From Bacteroidia bacterium (GTDB lineage: Bacteria; Bacteroidota; Bacteroidia; M30B66): DNA of 64,000 nucleotides. The stretch is taken from assembly GCA_965279035.1 (NCBI GenBank), contig OZ257142.1, positions 824,682 through 888,681 on the forward strand, written 5' to 3'. Within the stretch, counting starts at the first letter, position 1. Each line of letters begins with the position of its first letter. The position numbers were made by a program, and so were the translations under genes. This document shows, one piece after another, positions 1 to 9,712 of this stretch. The notes below the pieces were generated by a model. It was not told the DNA's origin, did no database searches, and was given only the letters and a program-made list of their open reading frames with translations.

Positions 1-2
1 TT

Positions 3-1025
3 GTTTTAACGCAACCCGATCCTGTTGTGATCAATGTAACAGGTCCAGCCTATGTTTGCGAAGGGAATGAAGCAACACTTATTGCTCATGCTTCTGGTGG
101 AACAAGCCATATTGCGCTCACTTGGCCGGGGTTTTCTAGCGAAAGCGATACCTTGATCGATGTTCCTCTTATAAGTAAAACATATACTGCTACTGCAACC
201 GATGTATTAGGTTGTGCCGCTTCGGATACACATTCGGTAGCATTGCGCATTCGTCCGCAAGGAACAATTACAACCGATGTAGCCCAAGGATGTAGTCCTG
301 TATGTGCCAATTTTGAAGTGAATTCAACCGGTCCAGCTTTGCTAACGAATTTCAATTGGACATTCTCGAATGGTGCGCAAGGGTTGAATGCTATTCAAAA
401 GATTTGCTTTACCGAAAGTGGAACTCAAGATGTTAGTGTTCTTCTAACGGATGTATTTGGTTGTACTGCTGTATTATCGGCCGAAGGTGCTGTTACCGTG
501 TATGGTTTGCCAGATGCACGATTTGATGTAAGTCCTCACACTGCAAATATTCTCCATCCTGAATATAAGTTTATCCAAGAGAGTTTATTGGCTGATACCT
601 ATTTTTGGACCTTTGGTGATGGAGATACTTCCATCGAAGAATCGCCTTCTCATACTTACCCGGATACTGGTCAGTATAATGCTTGCTTGCGTGTAACAAC
701 AAACCATGGCTGCACCGATCAAGTATGTAAAAAAGTAGAAATAGATCCTTTCCCAACCATTTTTGCTCCCAATGCATTTACTCCCAATGGTGATGGTACC
801 AATGAAGTATTTATGATTAAAGTGACTTATGCAGAGCGCTTTCTGCTTGAAATATTTGATCGTTGGGGTGAATTGATTTATGAAGGTTCTGATCCTTTAG
901 AAGGATGGGATGGAACGTATCAAGGAAATCGGGTGCAAGAAGATGTATATGTATGGCGCGCTACGATTACAAATTCTGAACACAAAGCGAAACAACTTAT
1001 AGGTAGAGTTTCTCTCATTGATTAA
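3..1025 (+). CDS. C-terminal portion of a secreted cell-surface protein with PKD-like repeats and a T9SS type-B (gliding-motility-associated) C-terminal sorting domain; the 5' end is truncated by the window edge
   Basis: The reading frame is open from position 3 with no upstream stop. The C-terminal ~90 aa carry the motif 'FTPNGDGTNEVF...WDGTY..G..V..DVYVW' typical of the TIGR04131-type T9SS CTD. The upstream Cys/Gly/Thr-rich repeats are PKD-like. Confidence 0.7.
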   Translation, partial: VLTQPDPVVINVTGPAYVCEGNEATLIAHASGGTSHIALTWPGFSSESDTLIDVPLISKTYTATATDVLGCAASDTHSVALRIRPQGTITTDVAQGCSPVCANFEVNSTGPALLTNFNWTFSNGAQGLNAIQKICFTESGTQDVSVLLTDVFGCTAVLSAEGAVTVYGLPDARFDVSPHTANILHPEYKFIQESLLADTYFWTFGDGDTSIEESPSHTYPDTGQYNACLRVTTNHGCTDQVCKKVEIDPFPTIFAPNAFTPNGDGTNEVFMIKVTYAERFLLEIFDRWGELIYEGSDPLEGWDGTYQGNRVQEDVYVWRATITNSEHKAKQLIGRVSLID

Positions 1026-1032
1026 AAAAAGA

Positions 1033-1062
1033 AAGCCTGCTAATACTTAAATCAGCAGGCTT
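1033..1062. terminator. Bidirectional intrinsic terminator hairpin between two convergent genes
   Basis: A 9-bp stem (aagcctgct/agcaggctt) encloses a 12-nt loop. It has an A-run on the 5' side and a T-rich tract on the 3' side. It lies between the stop codons at 1025 (+) and 1081 (-). Confidence 0.55.
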
Positions 1063-1080
1063 CAATTTTGGAAATCCCAA

Positions 1081-2775
1081 TTAATTAGATGTTGAAATTT
1101 TCTGATTTACGATGTTTAAAATTGCGGCTTCTTGTGCGTTAGCTGAACTTACTATATCGTCGCACATCTTCAGTGTTTGCTGGACAAATGCAGCATCTTC
1201 ATATCCTGAGCAATTGATTTTCACATTGAGCCAAGCACCCATCACGGCAGTTCTTGCACATAATGCACCAACACCTGCATCGGATACCGAATTTGGATTT
1301 CCATTTTCTGCCATTTGCTGAATGATAGAAAGTGTAGAAGCAGAGAGTTGCATGACTTTAAAAGGCACTTCAATCGCATACCGAGTTGCCGATTGTATAG
1401 CCGATTTACGTATAGCTTTTTCTTCTGGACTGCTATTGGGCAAACCAAATGCATCCATGATTTTATTGAATGCACGTGTGTCTTCATCCACCATTCGGAT
1501 GAGTTGTTTCTTTAGTTCTTCGGCTTGTTCGGCAACATCCGAAAACTCTTTCCAACGGGCATCCCAGCCACGTTTGTGTGAGCTAAGATTAGCCACCATT
1601 CCAGCTAAGGCAATTCCCAATGCACCAACATAAGCGGAAATTGAACCACCACCAGGAGCTGGAGATTCGGAAGATGTTTCGTCGGCAAATGCTTTCAAAC
1701 TCATGCTCACCAATTTCTCATCAGACTCATCGCGTAAAAGGTATTCGATCACACGTTTTTCAGGTTCGAATGGTCCAAGCTCATCGAGTCCCATTGATTT
1801 GACGGCAATTTTGATGAGTTCCGATTCAGAAACGCCTGTTGAACGTTGTTGCTTTTCGAGAAAATAGCGGCCTGCATCTAAGAGACAACTAAGCGGTAAT
1901 AATCCAACAAGCTCAGATCCTGTAACCCGAATTCCTCGTGATTCTGCTTTTTTGCATACTTCGTCGAAAGCAATATGAACCGGTGTAACTCGAATGTTGG
2001 TTAGGTTCATGGAGATTTGGGCAACACCGTATTCTTCGATAAACCAACCAATGGCTTTCACCGACTTAAGGCTTCCCGGGACGTGGACTTGATTTCCTTG
2101 TTCGTCTTTTACAATTTTACCTGTAACAGGATCACCTTCGCGTAAAACTCGACCACGTTCACGCACGTCGAAGGCGATGGAATTTGCTCTACGAACAGAT
2201 GTTGTATTGAGGTTGACATTGAAAGCAATGAGGAAGTCACGAGCGCCAATTACACTAGCACCAGAGCGTTCATTCATTCTAGCTGGACCAAAATCGGGTT
2301 TCCATTCGGGTAGAGAAATTTTCTTGAAAAACCCTTCGTATTCGCCCGCACGAATTTCACTGAGATTATTTCGACCGGGAATGATAGAAGCCGATTCGTA
2401 GAGATATACTGGAATGTTTAATTCTTCACCAACGCGTTTTCCCAGTTTGCGTGCGTATTCGGCAGTTTCTTCCATGCTGATGCCGGAAATGGGGATAAGC
2501 GGACATACATCGGTTGCGCCCATTCGTGGATGTTCGCCAGTATGCTTACTCATATCGATCAATTCGGCAGCTTTTTTCATGGCTTGAAATGCTGCTTCGA
2601 TCACTTTATCGGGTGAGCCAACAAATGTTACAACAGTCCGATTAGTGGCTTTGCCTGGATCAACATTGAGAAGTCGAACACCTTCGATGGCTTCTATTTC
2701 GTCGGTGATTTGTTTGATGATGCTTAGATTGTTTCCTTCAGAGAAATTAGGAACACATTCGATGAGTTGTTGCAC
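1081..2775 (-). CDS. ftcD: Bifunctional glutamate formimidoyltransferase / formimidoyltetrahydrofolate cyclodeaminase
   Basis: 564 aa. The N-terminus 'QLIECVPNFSEG' is the hallmark start of the formiminotransferase domain. The C-terminal ~200 aa fit the cyclodeaminase domain. The apparent start codon is GTG at 2775. Confidence 0.8.
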   Translation of the reverse strand: MQQLIECVPNFSEGNNLSIIKQITDEIEAIEGVRLLNVDPGKATNRTVVTFVGSPDKVIEAAFQAMKKAAELIDMSKHTGEHPRMGATDVCPLIPISGISMEETAEYARKLGKRVGEELNIPVYLYESASIIPGRNNLSEIRAGEYEGFFKKISLPEWKPDFGPARMNERSGASVIGARDFLIAFNVNLNTTSVRRANSIAFDVRERGRVLREGDPVTGKIVKDEQGNQVHVPGSLKSVKAIGWFIEEYGVAQISMNLTNIRVTPVHIAFDEVCKKAESRGIRVTGSELVGLLPLSCLLDAGRYFLEKQQRSTGVSESELIKIAVKSMGLDELGPFEPEKRVIEYLLRDESDEKLVSMSLKAFADETSSESPAPGGGSISAYVGALGIALAGMVANLSSHKRGWDARWKEFSDVAEQAEELKKQLIRMVDEDTRAFNKIMDAFGLPNSSPEEKAIRKSAIQSATRYAIEVPFKVMQLSASTLSIIQQMAENGNPNSVSDAGVGALCARTAVMGAWLNVKINCSGYEDAAFVQQTLKMCDDIVSSANAQEAAILNIVNQKISTSN

Positions 2776-2783
2776 GGTGGAAT

Positions 2784-2853
2784 AATTACGAAATTTTATT
2801 TATTAATTACGAATTACGAATTACGAATTACGAATTACGAATTACGAATTTGC
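2784..2853. repeat. Heptanucleotide microsatellite (AATTACG)n: six perfect tandem copies at 2805-2846 plus degenerate flanking copies
   Basis: Read directly from 'aattacgaattacgaattacgaattacgaattacgaattacg'. It sits 10-80 nt upstream of the ftcD start, downstream of the glycan-locus methyltransferase stop. Confidence 0.9.
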
Positions 2854-3018
2854 AATTTAGGAGCAAAAGAACGGTAAAAATGAATAGAATGAGTTTGGTG
2901 ATTGTAAAAAACGAAAGCTAGCTTATGGCTTAGAGCGGCAACGATTGAAGCCGGCATCCCTGATGAGCGAAGCGAAGAAGGATAAAGGCGTAAAGCGTGT
3001 TCGACCGCCCAAATCATT

Positions 3019-3921
3019 TTAAATTTTCTGAAATAATCCTTTAAGAGCGTCGCCTTTTCCAGTGAGTGTAAGGATGCGATTTATTAAGGATTTTGAGAAA
3101 CCTAATAGAAGATTTTTTTCGAATCGATTTCGGAGAACCTCATCCTGTGTATTCGCAGAGACAAACTCGGTTCCTTCTGTAGTACTGGCTTGGGGAGGAG
3201 CGGGATTTTGACTTGTAATAAATCGGGTTATGCTGATGCCTGTTGCTTGGATAAATACTTTGCGCAGGTGATGATCGCGCATAAGTTTATTTAAGGAAGA
3301 AGGAGTGTAATAGGATAGATGCTCAGGCCAAGAAATTACGTTGTAGCTCGACTTCAAATTATATCGAAGTAGTGAGTTGAAATTGGGTGTTGTAATATAG
3401 AGTAGACCGCCTTTTCGGAGGAGTTTGCTAAAATTAGAAATTTCAGTTCTGGGTGTGTTGATGTGTTCGATGACTTCGAACGAAGTGATCACATCGAAAC
3501 TTTCGGGTTCAAATGAGCTTGGATCTAAAACCCCTTTTTTCATTTTAATTCCTTTGGCTTCACAAATTTGAATGGCAGCATCGGTGAATTCGGTGCCATA
3601 AACATCCCAACCGCGCGATTTAGCAACTTCTAAGAAATAGCCAATTCCGCAGCCTACATCGAGGAGTTTGTTTGTTTTACGAGCACCTTCGAATCGATCA
3701 AGAATTTCGTGATAACGCTTGATGGTGATTGGACTCAAATAGTCATTTCTACCGTAGCCTTTGTAATATTCTTCGAGTTGAGTTTGAGAAGGATTATTGG
3801 TTGAAAATACCATTCCGCAGTTTGAACAACGGGCGAGCCATGCTTTCTCATATCCTGCAATTGGCTTTAATTGATCACTATTACATACAATACACGAATG
3901 AATTGTTTGAGTTTGATTCAT
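3019..3921 (-). CDS. Class I SAM-dependent methyltransferase with an N-terminal CxxC...CxxC zinc ribbon
   Basis: It has the 'LDVGCGIGYF' SAM-binding motif I and a Methyltransf_11/23-like core. This is the last gene of the glycan locus. Confidence 0.75.
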   Translation of the reverse strand: MNQTQTIHSCIVCNSDQLKPIAGYEKAWLARCSNCGMVFSTNNPSQTQLEEYYKGYGRNDYLSPITIKRYHEILDRFEGARKTNKLLDVGCGIGYFLEVAKSRGWDVYGTEFTDAAIQICEAKGIKMKKGVLDPSSFEPESFDVITSFEVIEHINTPRTEISNFSKLLRKGGLLYITTPNFNSLLRYNLKSSYNVISWPEHLSYYTPSSLNKLMRDHHLRKVFIQATGISITRFITSQNPAPPQASTTEGTEFVSANTQDEVLRNRFEKNLLLGFSKSLINRILTLTGKGDALKGLFQKI

Positions 3922-4186
3922 GCTTTGTTCAAAGTTGAGAAATGGATCAATTCAATTGGAATTTTGAGAGTTAATCTGAATAAGAATGCTAGTATTTAAG
4001 GAAAAAATGAAATCCAAGTATTCAATTCAAATAGGCAAAAGAAATCTTCCCAAAGCTAAATTTTCCCTTTAGATAATTTGTTAGAATAGCGAGAATGATA
4101 AAAAATAATTGAAAGTTATCTTTCTATTTCCTCTAAAGAAAAGCGAATGAACACTATGCAAAGGGTAATTTAATGAATGTGAATTT

Positions 4187-5464
4187 CTATTCACGATTTA
4201 ATACTTCGTTAAAGAACTGCATATAATTTTCTTTTGCTCGATATTTAGATTTATAGGTTCTATAAGCATTTTGAGCAAATAGATTGTATTCGATTTGTTC
4301 CATTTCGGCCCAACGAATTAAGCAAGAAGAAAGAATGTCTGCATCGGCATTAGCAGGTAACAAACTACCATTGAATTCATCTTCCACAATCTCAGAAACA
4401 CCTCCAACATTAACCGAAATAACTGGCATGCCATGTCCCATCGCCTCCATCATTGAAACTGGAATTCCTTCAGATTCGCTAGTACAAAGTAAAATATCAG
4501 CTTCTCGGTTTTGGAGAAAATTGTAAATAAATTCTTTCGATTTATCTCCTAAAAACTGATAGGAAATATTTGGTTTATTTTGAATGATTTCAGCAGCTAA
4601 ATTTTCGATTGAATTGTCGTTAGATGAAGAGGAGCCAATATGGATCCATTCAATTTCATGATGATTTATTTTTGAGATTGCCTGAACGATTCGATCAATT
4701 CGTTTGACGGGACGGATGAAAGCGATTGATAAAATTCGTAATCGATTCTTTGTTTTTACTCCCATGTTTGGTTCGGAAATTTCATCAATTCCGAGATGGT
4801 AACAGTTGATTTTTTCTGTTGGAATGCCATTGAGTTTCGCTCTCAAATGAATTACTCCAGATTCGGAAATCGGATTTGTACTATCGAGAATAGAAATAGT
4901 CCATGGCCTTAATGGAAGATAGTTTCCAGGGCTTACATAGTAAAAGCAATCCCATCCATGTGCTCTTGTAACGGCTCTTAGATTTGGATATTTATTTCGC
5001 AAGATTGCCATTCCAGAAGCAAAATAACTGAACCAATAACTGTAAAGGACGACCTGTTCTTTGGGATGATTATGAAGTTTGAATAATCGTTCCATTTCAA
5101 TTGCAAATGCACTTGCTTTCGCTTGAAATCCTAAAAGTGTTTTGATATGAAATGCATCATTCTTTTGATTGTAATTGGATTTGATGAAAGCTCTTTCTTG
5201 TCTCCATGCTTTGCTAAACCAGCAAAAGAGGGAAGTTAATTTCTCGAATTTATTTGGACTGCAATTAAGTTCGATTAGTTCGGCATTGTTGGGAACAAAT
5301 GAACGAATTGTCTTTTCGGAACGGGTATTTCTTTCAGGTAATATGAGGTATATTTTTTCGAATTGATTCGCAATAATCTTTAATTCATCTTGTAAAAAAG
5401 GTTCCGCAAACCCATATGGATAGTGCGTTACAATGAGGTAAAGAAAAGGTCGTTTGCTTTTCAT
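4187..5464 (-). CDS. Glycosyltransferase family 4 (GT-B, group 1)
   Basis: The C-terminal motif 'ESEGIPVSMMEAMGHGMPVISVNVGG...E' is the GT4 EX7E region. Confidence 0.75.
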   Translation of the reverse strand: MKSKRPFLYLIVTHYPYGFAEPFLQDELKIIANQFEKIYLILPERNTRSEKTIRSFVPNNAELIELNCSPNKFEKLTSLFCWFSKAWRQERAFIKSNYNQKNDAFHIKTLLGFQAKASAFAIEMERLFKLHNHPKEQVVLYSYWFSYFASGMAILRNKYPNLRAVTRAHGWDCFYYVSPGNYLPLRPWTISILDSTNPISESGVIHLRAKLNGIPTEKINCYHLGIDEISEPNMGVKTKNRLRILSIAFIRPVKRIDRIVQAISKINHHEIEWIHIGSSSSNDNSIENLAAEIIQNKPNISYQFLGDKSKEFIYNFLQNREADILLCTSESEGIPVSMMEAMGHGMPVISVNVGGVSEIVEDEFNGSLLPANADADILSSCLIRWAEMEQIEYNLFAQNAYRTYKSKYRAKENYMQFFNEVLNRE

Positions 5465-5538
5465 TGGCTGCTAAAATAGCGTTTAAAATCAACCCAATAG
5501 GAAAGCGAACGATTGATAATTTAAATCAGAAAAAACAT

Positions 5539-6699
5539 TTAGCGTTTATATATTTCCAATAATCGATCGGTATAATGATCAATATCGTATTGTTTAGAAA
5601 ATTCAAGGGCAAATTTCCCCATTCGTTCGCGTTCTAAAGGATTTTCGATGAAGTAGATAATCTTCTCAGCAAAATCTTCGGCAGATGCATTATTGGGAAG
5701 CATAAATCCATTTTCCCCTTCTTTCATGAGTTCTCTATTTCCAAATCCATCCAATGAAACAACGGGCAAACCCGAAGCCATTGCTTCAAGGATTACAAGT
5801 CCAAAAGGTTCGTATAATGCGGGATGAACATATAAATGAGCATGTTTTAATCGTTCTGGTACATCGCCTACGCTACCTAAAAAACGCAAATGATTTTCAA
5901 GTCCTTTTTCTTTCGTTTCTTTTGTGAGTGAATCCATTAAAACTCCTGCTCCTAAAACATCTATTGTGACAGGATATCCTTTCTTAATTAGAATTTCTAC
6001 TACGGGAATTAAAAAAGCATGATTTTTTTTAGGAACTAAATTCGCGATTGAAACAATATGGAATGGTTCATTCACAGTAGAATACGATCGATCCGTATGA
6101 AATCGGCTAGTATTAATGGCATTGGGGACAAGGTGAATATTCTTTTTGAAATCGGGTAAATTCTCTGTTAAATACTGCTTTACATCTTCAGAAATGGCAA
6201 TAAAATGATTATTACAAATTTGGTATTTCTGCTTTAACCACACCCGTTCCCAATAGTTTGCAAGGATTGATTTGTTGAAGAAGGTTTTAATTGAGCCTTT
6301 TTTTAATTGAGGCATATTATCGTGCCCGTGGGAGAAATACTTAATTCCTTTTATTATTTCTGATCGTGAAAGGATTTCAGAAAGATAAAGATGAGAATGA
6401 ATAATATCAGGTTTAAACTCATTCACATAGGAGATAAAAGCATTATTGTTTATCGTGGGTTTTCGAAGGAATTTAAAATGAACATCACCACCAATAATGC
6501 TCAATGGAACTTCGTTCAAAAGCGATTCTTTATCTGGATAATTTGGCCAAGTAAAATGATGTGGAAATAGACATACTATATGTACTACATGACCTTTTTT
6601 GACGAGGTCTTTAGCGATTGAACCAAGCAGAATTTCGGCACCACCGCATCCCATTGTTGGAATTACATAAAGAATCTTCATACTAAAACCCTTATTCAA
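5539..6699 (-). CDS. Glycosyltransferase family 4
   Basis: Contains 'YEPFGLVILEAMASGLPVV' (GT4 EX7E). The start is more likely M7 ('MKILYVIP', ~6681). Confidence 0.8.
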   Translation of the reverse strand: MNKGFSMKILYVIPTMGCGGAEILLGSIAKDLVKKGHVVHIVCLFPHHFTWPNYPDKESLLNEVPLSIIGGDVHFKFLRKPTINNNAFISYVNEFKPDIIHSHLYLSEILSRSEIIKGIKYFSHGHDNMPQLKKGSIKTFFNKSILANYWERVWLKQKYQICNNHFIAISEDVKQYLTENLPDFKKNIHLVPNAINTSRFHTDRSYSTVNEPFHIVSIANLVPKKNHAFLIPVVEILIKKGYPVTIDVLGAGVLMDSLTKETKEKGLENHLRFLGSVGDVPERLKHAHLYVHPALYEPFGLVILEAMASGLPVVSLDGFGNRELMKEGENGFMLPNNASAEDFAEKIIYFIENPLERERMGKFALEFSKQYDIDHYTDRLLEIYKR

Positions 6700-6833
6700 T
6701 ATATAGGTGAGGCAAAGTTAAATGATACAGAACAAACTTTATTTATCGTATTAGAAAAATTGTTCAATGTAGTATTGTCTCAAAGAATCAAAAAATGATT
6801 TTTGAAATTCAATTGAAACTAATTAATTGAGAT

Positions 6834-7811
6834 TTAAAGAATTGACATGATTTGATTCGCACAAGAATCACAGGTATATACTCCTGATCGATCATGAATT
6901 CTATTATCAGCAACATCTTCGGAAAAATTATAGACTACGGCTGTTTGATAAAGAAAACCTAATTTTTCTGCCGAATCGATGGTTTCTCTGGTATATGATC
7001 CATCTGGATAGCCAATAGAAACAATCTTCTTTTGAATTACATTTTCCAGGTAAATTTTCGAATCAGAGATTTCCTTATATGCTTTGTCTTGAGTTATTGT
7101 TCCCAGATTATTATGTAAAAATCCATGTGATCCAATTTCGAGATACTTGGATTCGCTGCATTTGAGGATTTCTTTATCCGTCATTAATTTCCAATAATCA
7201 TCATAACTAACATCCGTTTTGAAATCATATAATGACTTAAAAGAATCCATCATTTTAAGTTTATAATCGGTATTAGCATTTTCGTCTTTAATAATCGAAT
7301 ATAAATTCTTTCCTGAGTCTAGACTATAGTATTTTCCATTGTTTTGTCTAAAATTTTCCCCGTCAACATTGATGTCTTGACTTGTGAGAGAAGTCGCAAT
7401 ATTTAAAAAATCAGCCCAAAGAATATCAGACTCTCCTTCGTTTAATCCAGTAATGAAAAAGGTCCCATTTACTTGAGCTTCTTCTAATATTGGTTTAGCA
7501 AAAAGAAAATTATTTCTGTACCCATCATCAAATGTGAGCACTATATTGGGTTTGTCTTTTAAAAAACGTTCTTCAAAAAAATCTTCCAAAGAAATAATAT
7601 GACAGTATTTTTTTAAAAACTGAATTTGTCTGTAGAAGTCTTTCTTGGAAGTATGACGCGTATTAAAACGGGTATCACCGACTTGATCAATTCCATGATA
7701 CATTAAAATGGTATTCTGAGTTTTCCGAAGGCTTCTCCGAGCCAATAGGCCTGTATTAAAGGAAATCTCGTTTCCAGTACGTTGCAGCTTTGAAAGAATA
7801 CGATTTATCAT
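6834..7811 (-). CDS. Polysaccharide deacetylase (NodB/CE4 family)
   Basis: Contains the NodB motif 1 'LTFDDGY' plus downstream His motifs. Confidence 0.75.
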   Translation of the reverse strand: MINRILSKLQRTGNEISFNTGLLARRSLRKTQNTILMYHGIDQVGDTRFNTRHTSKKDFYRQIQFLKKYCHIISLEDFFEERFLKDKPNIVLTFDDGYRNNFLFAKPILEEAQVNGTFFITGLNEGESDILWADFLNIATSLTSQDINVDGENFRQNNGKYYSLDSGKNLYSIIKDENANTDYKLKMMDSFKSLYDFKTDVSYDDYWKLMTDKEILKCSESKYLEIGSHGFLHNNLGTITQDKAYKEISDSKIYLENVIQKKIVSIGYPDGSYTRETIDSAEKLGFLYQTAVVYNFSEDVADNRIHDRSGVYTCDSCANQIMSIL

Positions 7812-7830
7812 AATTCCTGTTTAACAGGAA

Positions 7831-8775
7831 TTAGAATACATCTAAGTCCGCCCCTGTGAACTTCAAAGATAGATTTTGTTCGGGATTTAGCAAATTCTTA
7901 AATACAATTGGAACACCCAATACAAACGGATTTTTTGAGCTAAATAATTTATCTATTTCAGATTCATTCGAGGCACTAATAGTTAATTGATCTAAGCCGA
8001 GTAATGAAGTCAACTTTTTAAGCTTAGTAATAATCTCATTGGCTGAATGATTCTTAGAAAGATCAATATCTCCAATAATTAATGAACCATCGATTTTAGC
8101 CCAAATAGATACCCCTTTCCAAGTGAATTGAAACGATGGATTATAGTGTTTGTATTGATAGTAATCAGCGTCTTTCCAAGCACTGTCATCCTTCGAATTC
8201 ATTTGAGAATTAATAAATGAATCATTGGATTTTGTTGAATTTCTCAATACGAATGAAACCCAAATTTTATATAGAAACTGCAATCTTAATTTTCTAAAAA
8301 TCCGATAGATAGGGATGCCACTATTTTTGAATATATACTGATGAAAATTTCCACTATGATGCCAGTTTAAGCTCCGTGTAAAACCTGGAAATGAATTATC
8401 ATTTGGAAATGCATATAGATAATTCACACCTTCAGCTAATGCTAATTTCTCTGTTTCTCTTCCTAATAATCCAAATAATCCTTTCCGTTGATGTTCTTTA
8501 TGTGTAATGATATCAGCCGATTGTCCTGAAAGTTTTTTTAATCCATCTATTTTTAGAAAGCCAGGAAATAGACAGAAAAACGCGGCAGGAGTGCCATCTT
8601 TTGCATAGGCAAAATGGGCTAAATATGTTTTAGAAGTGTAGGCTGTATTGTATTTATTTTGAAGATATTTTTCTGAAATATCAATGCCTCTCGATTCTTT
8701 AAATAATCGAGATAAGTCTTTTATATTTTCATGGTTTGCTCTTACAATTCGATACTCAGAAGAATCATCATTCAT
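7831..8775 (-). CDS. GNAT-type N-acyltransferase with a ~150-aa C-terminal extension of unknown function
   Basis: 'HKEHQRKGLFGLL' fits the GNAT acyl-CoA binding motif (Q/R-x-x-G-x-G/A). The rest of the protein is unassigned. Confidence 0.5.
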   Translation of the reverse strand: MNDDSSEYRIVRANHENIKDLSRLFKESRGIDISEKYLQNKYNTAYTSKTYLAHFAYAKDGTPAAFFCLFPGFLKIDGLKKLSGQSADIITHKEHQRKGLFGLLGRETEKLALAEGVNYLYAFPNDNSFPGFTRSLNWHHSGNFHQYIFKNSGIPIYRIFRKLRLQFLYKIWVSFVLRNSTKSNDSFINSQMNSKDDSAWKDADYYQYKHYNPSFQFTWKGVSIWAKIDGSLIIGDIDLSKNHSANEIITKLKKLTSLLGLDQLTISASNESEIDKLFSSKNPFVLGVPIVFKNLLNPEQNLSLKFTGADLDVF

Positions 8776-9712
8776 TTTTCGAATTCTTAGTAAGGAGTGG
8801 AGCAGTTAAAGGGAAATGGCTAAGAAACAGGTATAAACGTTCTTTATTACGGTAAGTAGTTAAATGCTTAAATGATTGAAATAACATTTTATTCATCATC
8901 GACCAATTTTTCACATACTCATAATGTCGAGCCATATTAAAGCTGCATTCGGCTAATAGATGTTTTTTTATATTCAAAGGAATTTTCTTTGATACATCTA
9001 AATAATCTTTTGCATAGAATAATCGATTTAGTCCTTTATAACGATCGAGGTAGGAATTTCGACTTAAATCGACCGAATTCCCCTCATGAATTCTATAAAT
9101 TAAGGTGTTAGTTATAACTTGAAATACGGGGAATTTCGTTGCAATAGAAACCCATAGAACAAGGTCTTCAACAATGACAATTTGAGGATCAAATTTAAAT
9201 TCATTCAAAATAGTTCGATGAATACAAACCCTCGATGGAGTGATTGGATTTAAAAGCAAATAATTAAATTCATTTCCGATTTGCATCTCAGGAATCATTG
9301 GTGTTTCAATTCCTTTGGCTGTTAGGTAGCTTACATTGGTAAAGAAGAATGCAATCGGCTTTTGCTTTTGAATAATGAATTGGGACAAGAATTCAAGATG
9401 ATTGGGAGCATATTTATCATCACTATCTAAAAATAATAAATAGTTGCCTTTTGTATGAATAGCACCATTGTTTCTGGCGGCACTTCGTTCTGCATTTTTT
9501 TGATAAATATATCGGACTCTTGGATCTGTGGTTGAAATGGATTCAATCAGTGCTTTAGTATTATCCGTTGAGCCATCATCAACCACTATGATTTCCCAGT
9601 CGTTGAAAGACTGAATCTGAACGCTTTCAATAGTTTCAGAAAGAATGAATGCCCTGTTATATGCTGGGATGATGATACTAAAAAAGGGATTTTCCAAGCC
9701 CATCTCAGCCAA
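8768..9712 (-). CDS. Glycosyltransferase family 2
   Basis: Contains 'FSIIIPAYN' ... 'VVDDGSTDNT' ... 'LDSDD' (GT2 DxD). Confidence 0.8.
   Translation of the reverse strand: MAEMGLENPFFSIIIPAYNRAFILSETIESVQIQSFNDWEIIVVDDGSTDNTKALIESISTTDPRVRYIYQKNAERSAARNNGAIHTKGNYLLFLDSDDKYAPNHLEFLSQFIIQKQKPIAFFFTNVSYLTAKGIETPMIPEMQIGNEFNYLLLNPITPSRVCIHRTILNEFKFDPQIVIVEDLVLWVSIATKFPVFQVITNTLIYRIHEGNSVDLSRNSYLDRYKGLNRLFYAKDYLDVSKKIPLNIKKHLLAECSFNMARHYEYVKNWSMMNKMLFQSFKHLTTYRNKERLYLFLSHFPLTAPLLTKNSKNE

Noticed and set aside
86-355. Short antisense ORFs inside clearly assigned genes (86-355, 571-777, 1112-1802 cluster, 2177-2401, 3729-3938, 4284-4526, 5175-5366, 11692-11886, 13756-14185, 17330-17623, 18276-18491, 19949-20164, 21607-21807, 23263-23520, 25404-25595, 26032-26634, 26984-27235, 28637-28828, 29216-29407, 30925-31137, 31836-32021, 32743-32934, 33234-33428, 34152-34586, 38108-38302, 41328-41531, 44050-44235, 62599-63434)
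   Set aside because: Each is nested in or antisense to a longer ORF with a strong family assignment. None has a convincing motif.
2784-2853. Tandem repeat considered as a CRISPR array
   Set aside because: The unit is only 7 nt with no spacers. It is a microsatellite, not CRISPR.
2835-3017. 60-aa ORF between the methyltransferase and ftcD
   Set aside because: It overlaps the heptamer repeat and low-complexity sequence, with no start context or similarity. It is most likely non-coding.
5539-6699. Alternative longer starts producing overlaps between adjacent minus-strand genes (e.g. 9705-10754, 11688-12611, 41563-42735, 48976-49530, 49874-50491, 52452-52748)
   Set aside because: Internal Met codons that align with known family N-termini and remove overlaps were preferred. 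The longer forms are artefacts of longest-ORF calling.
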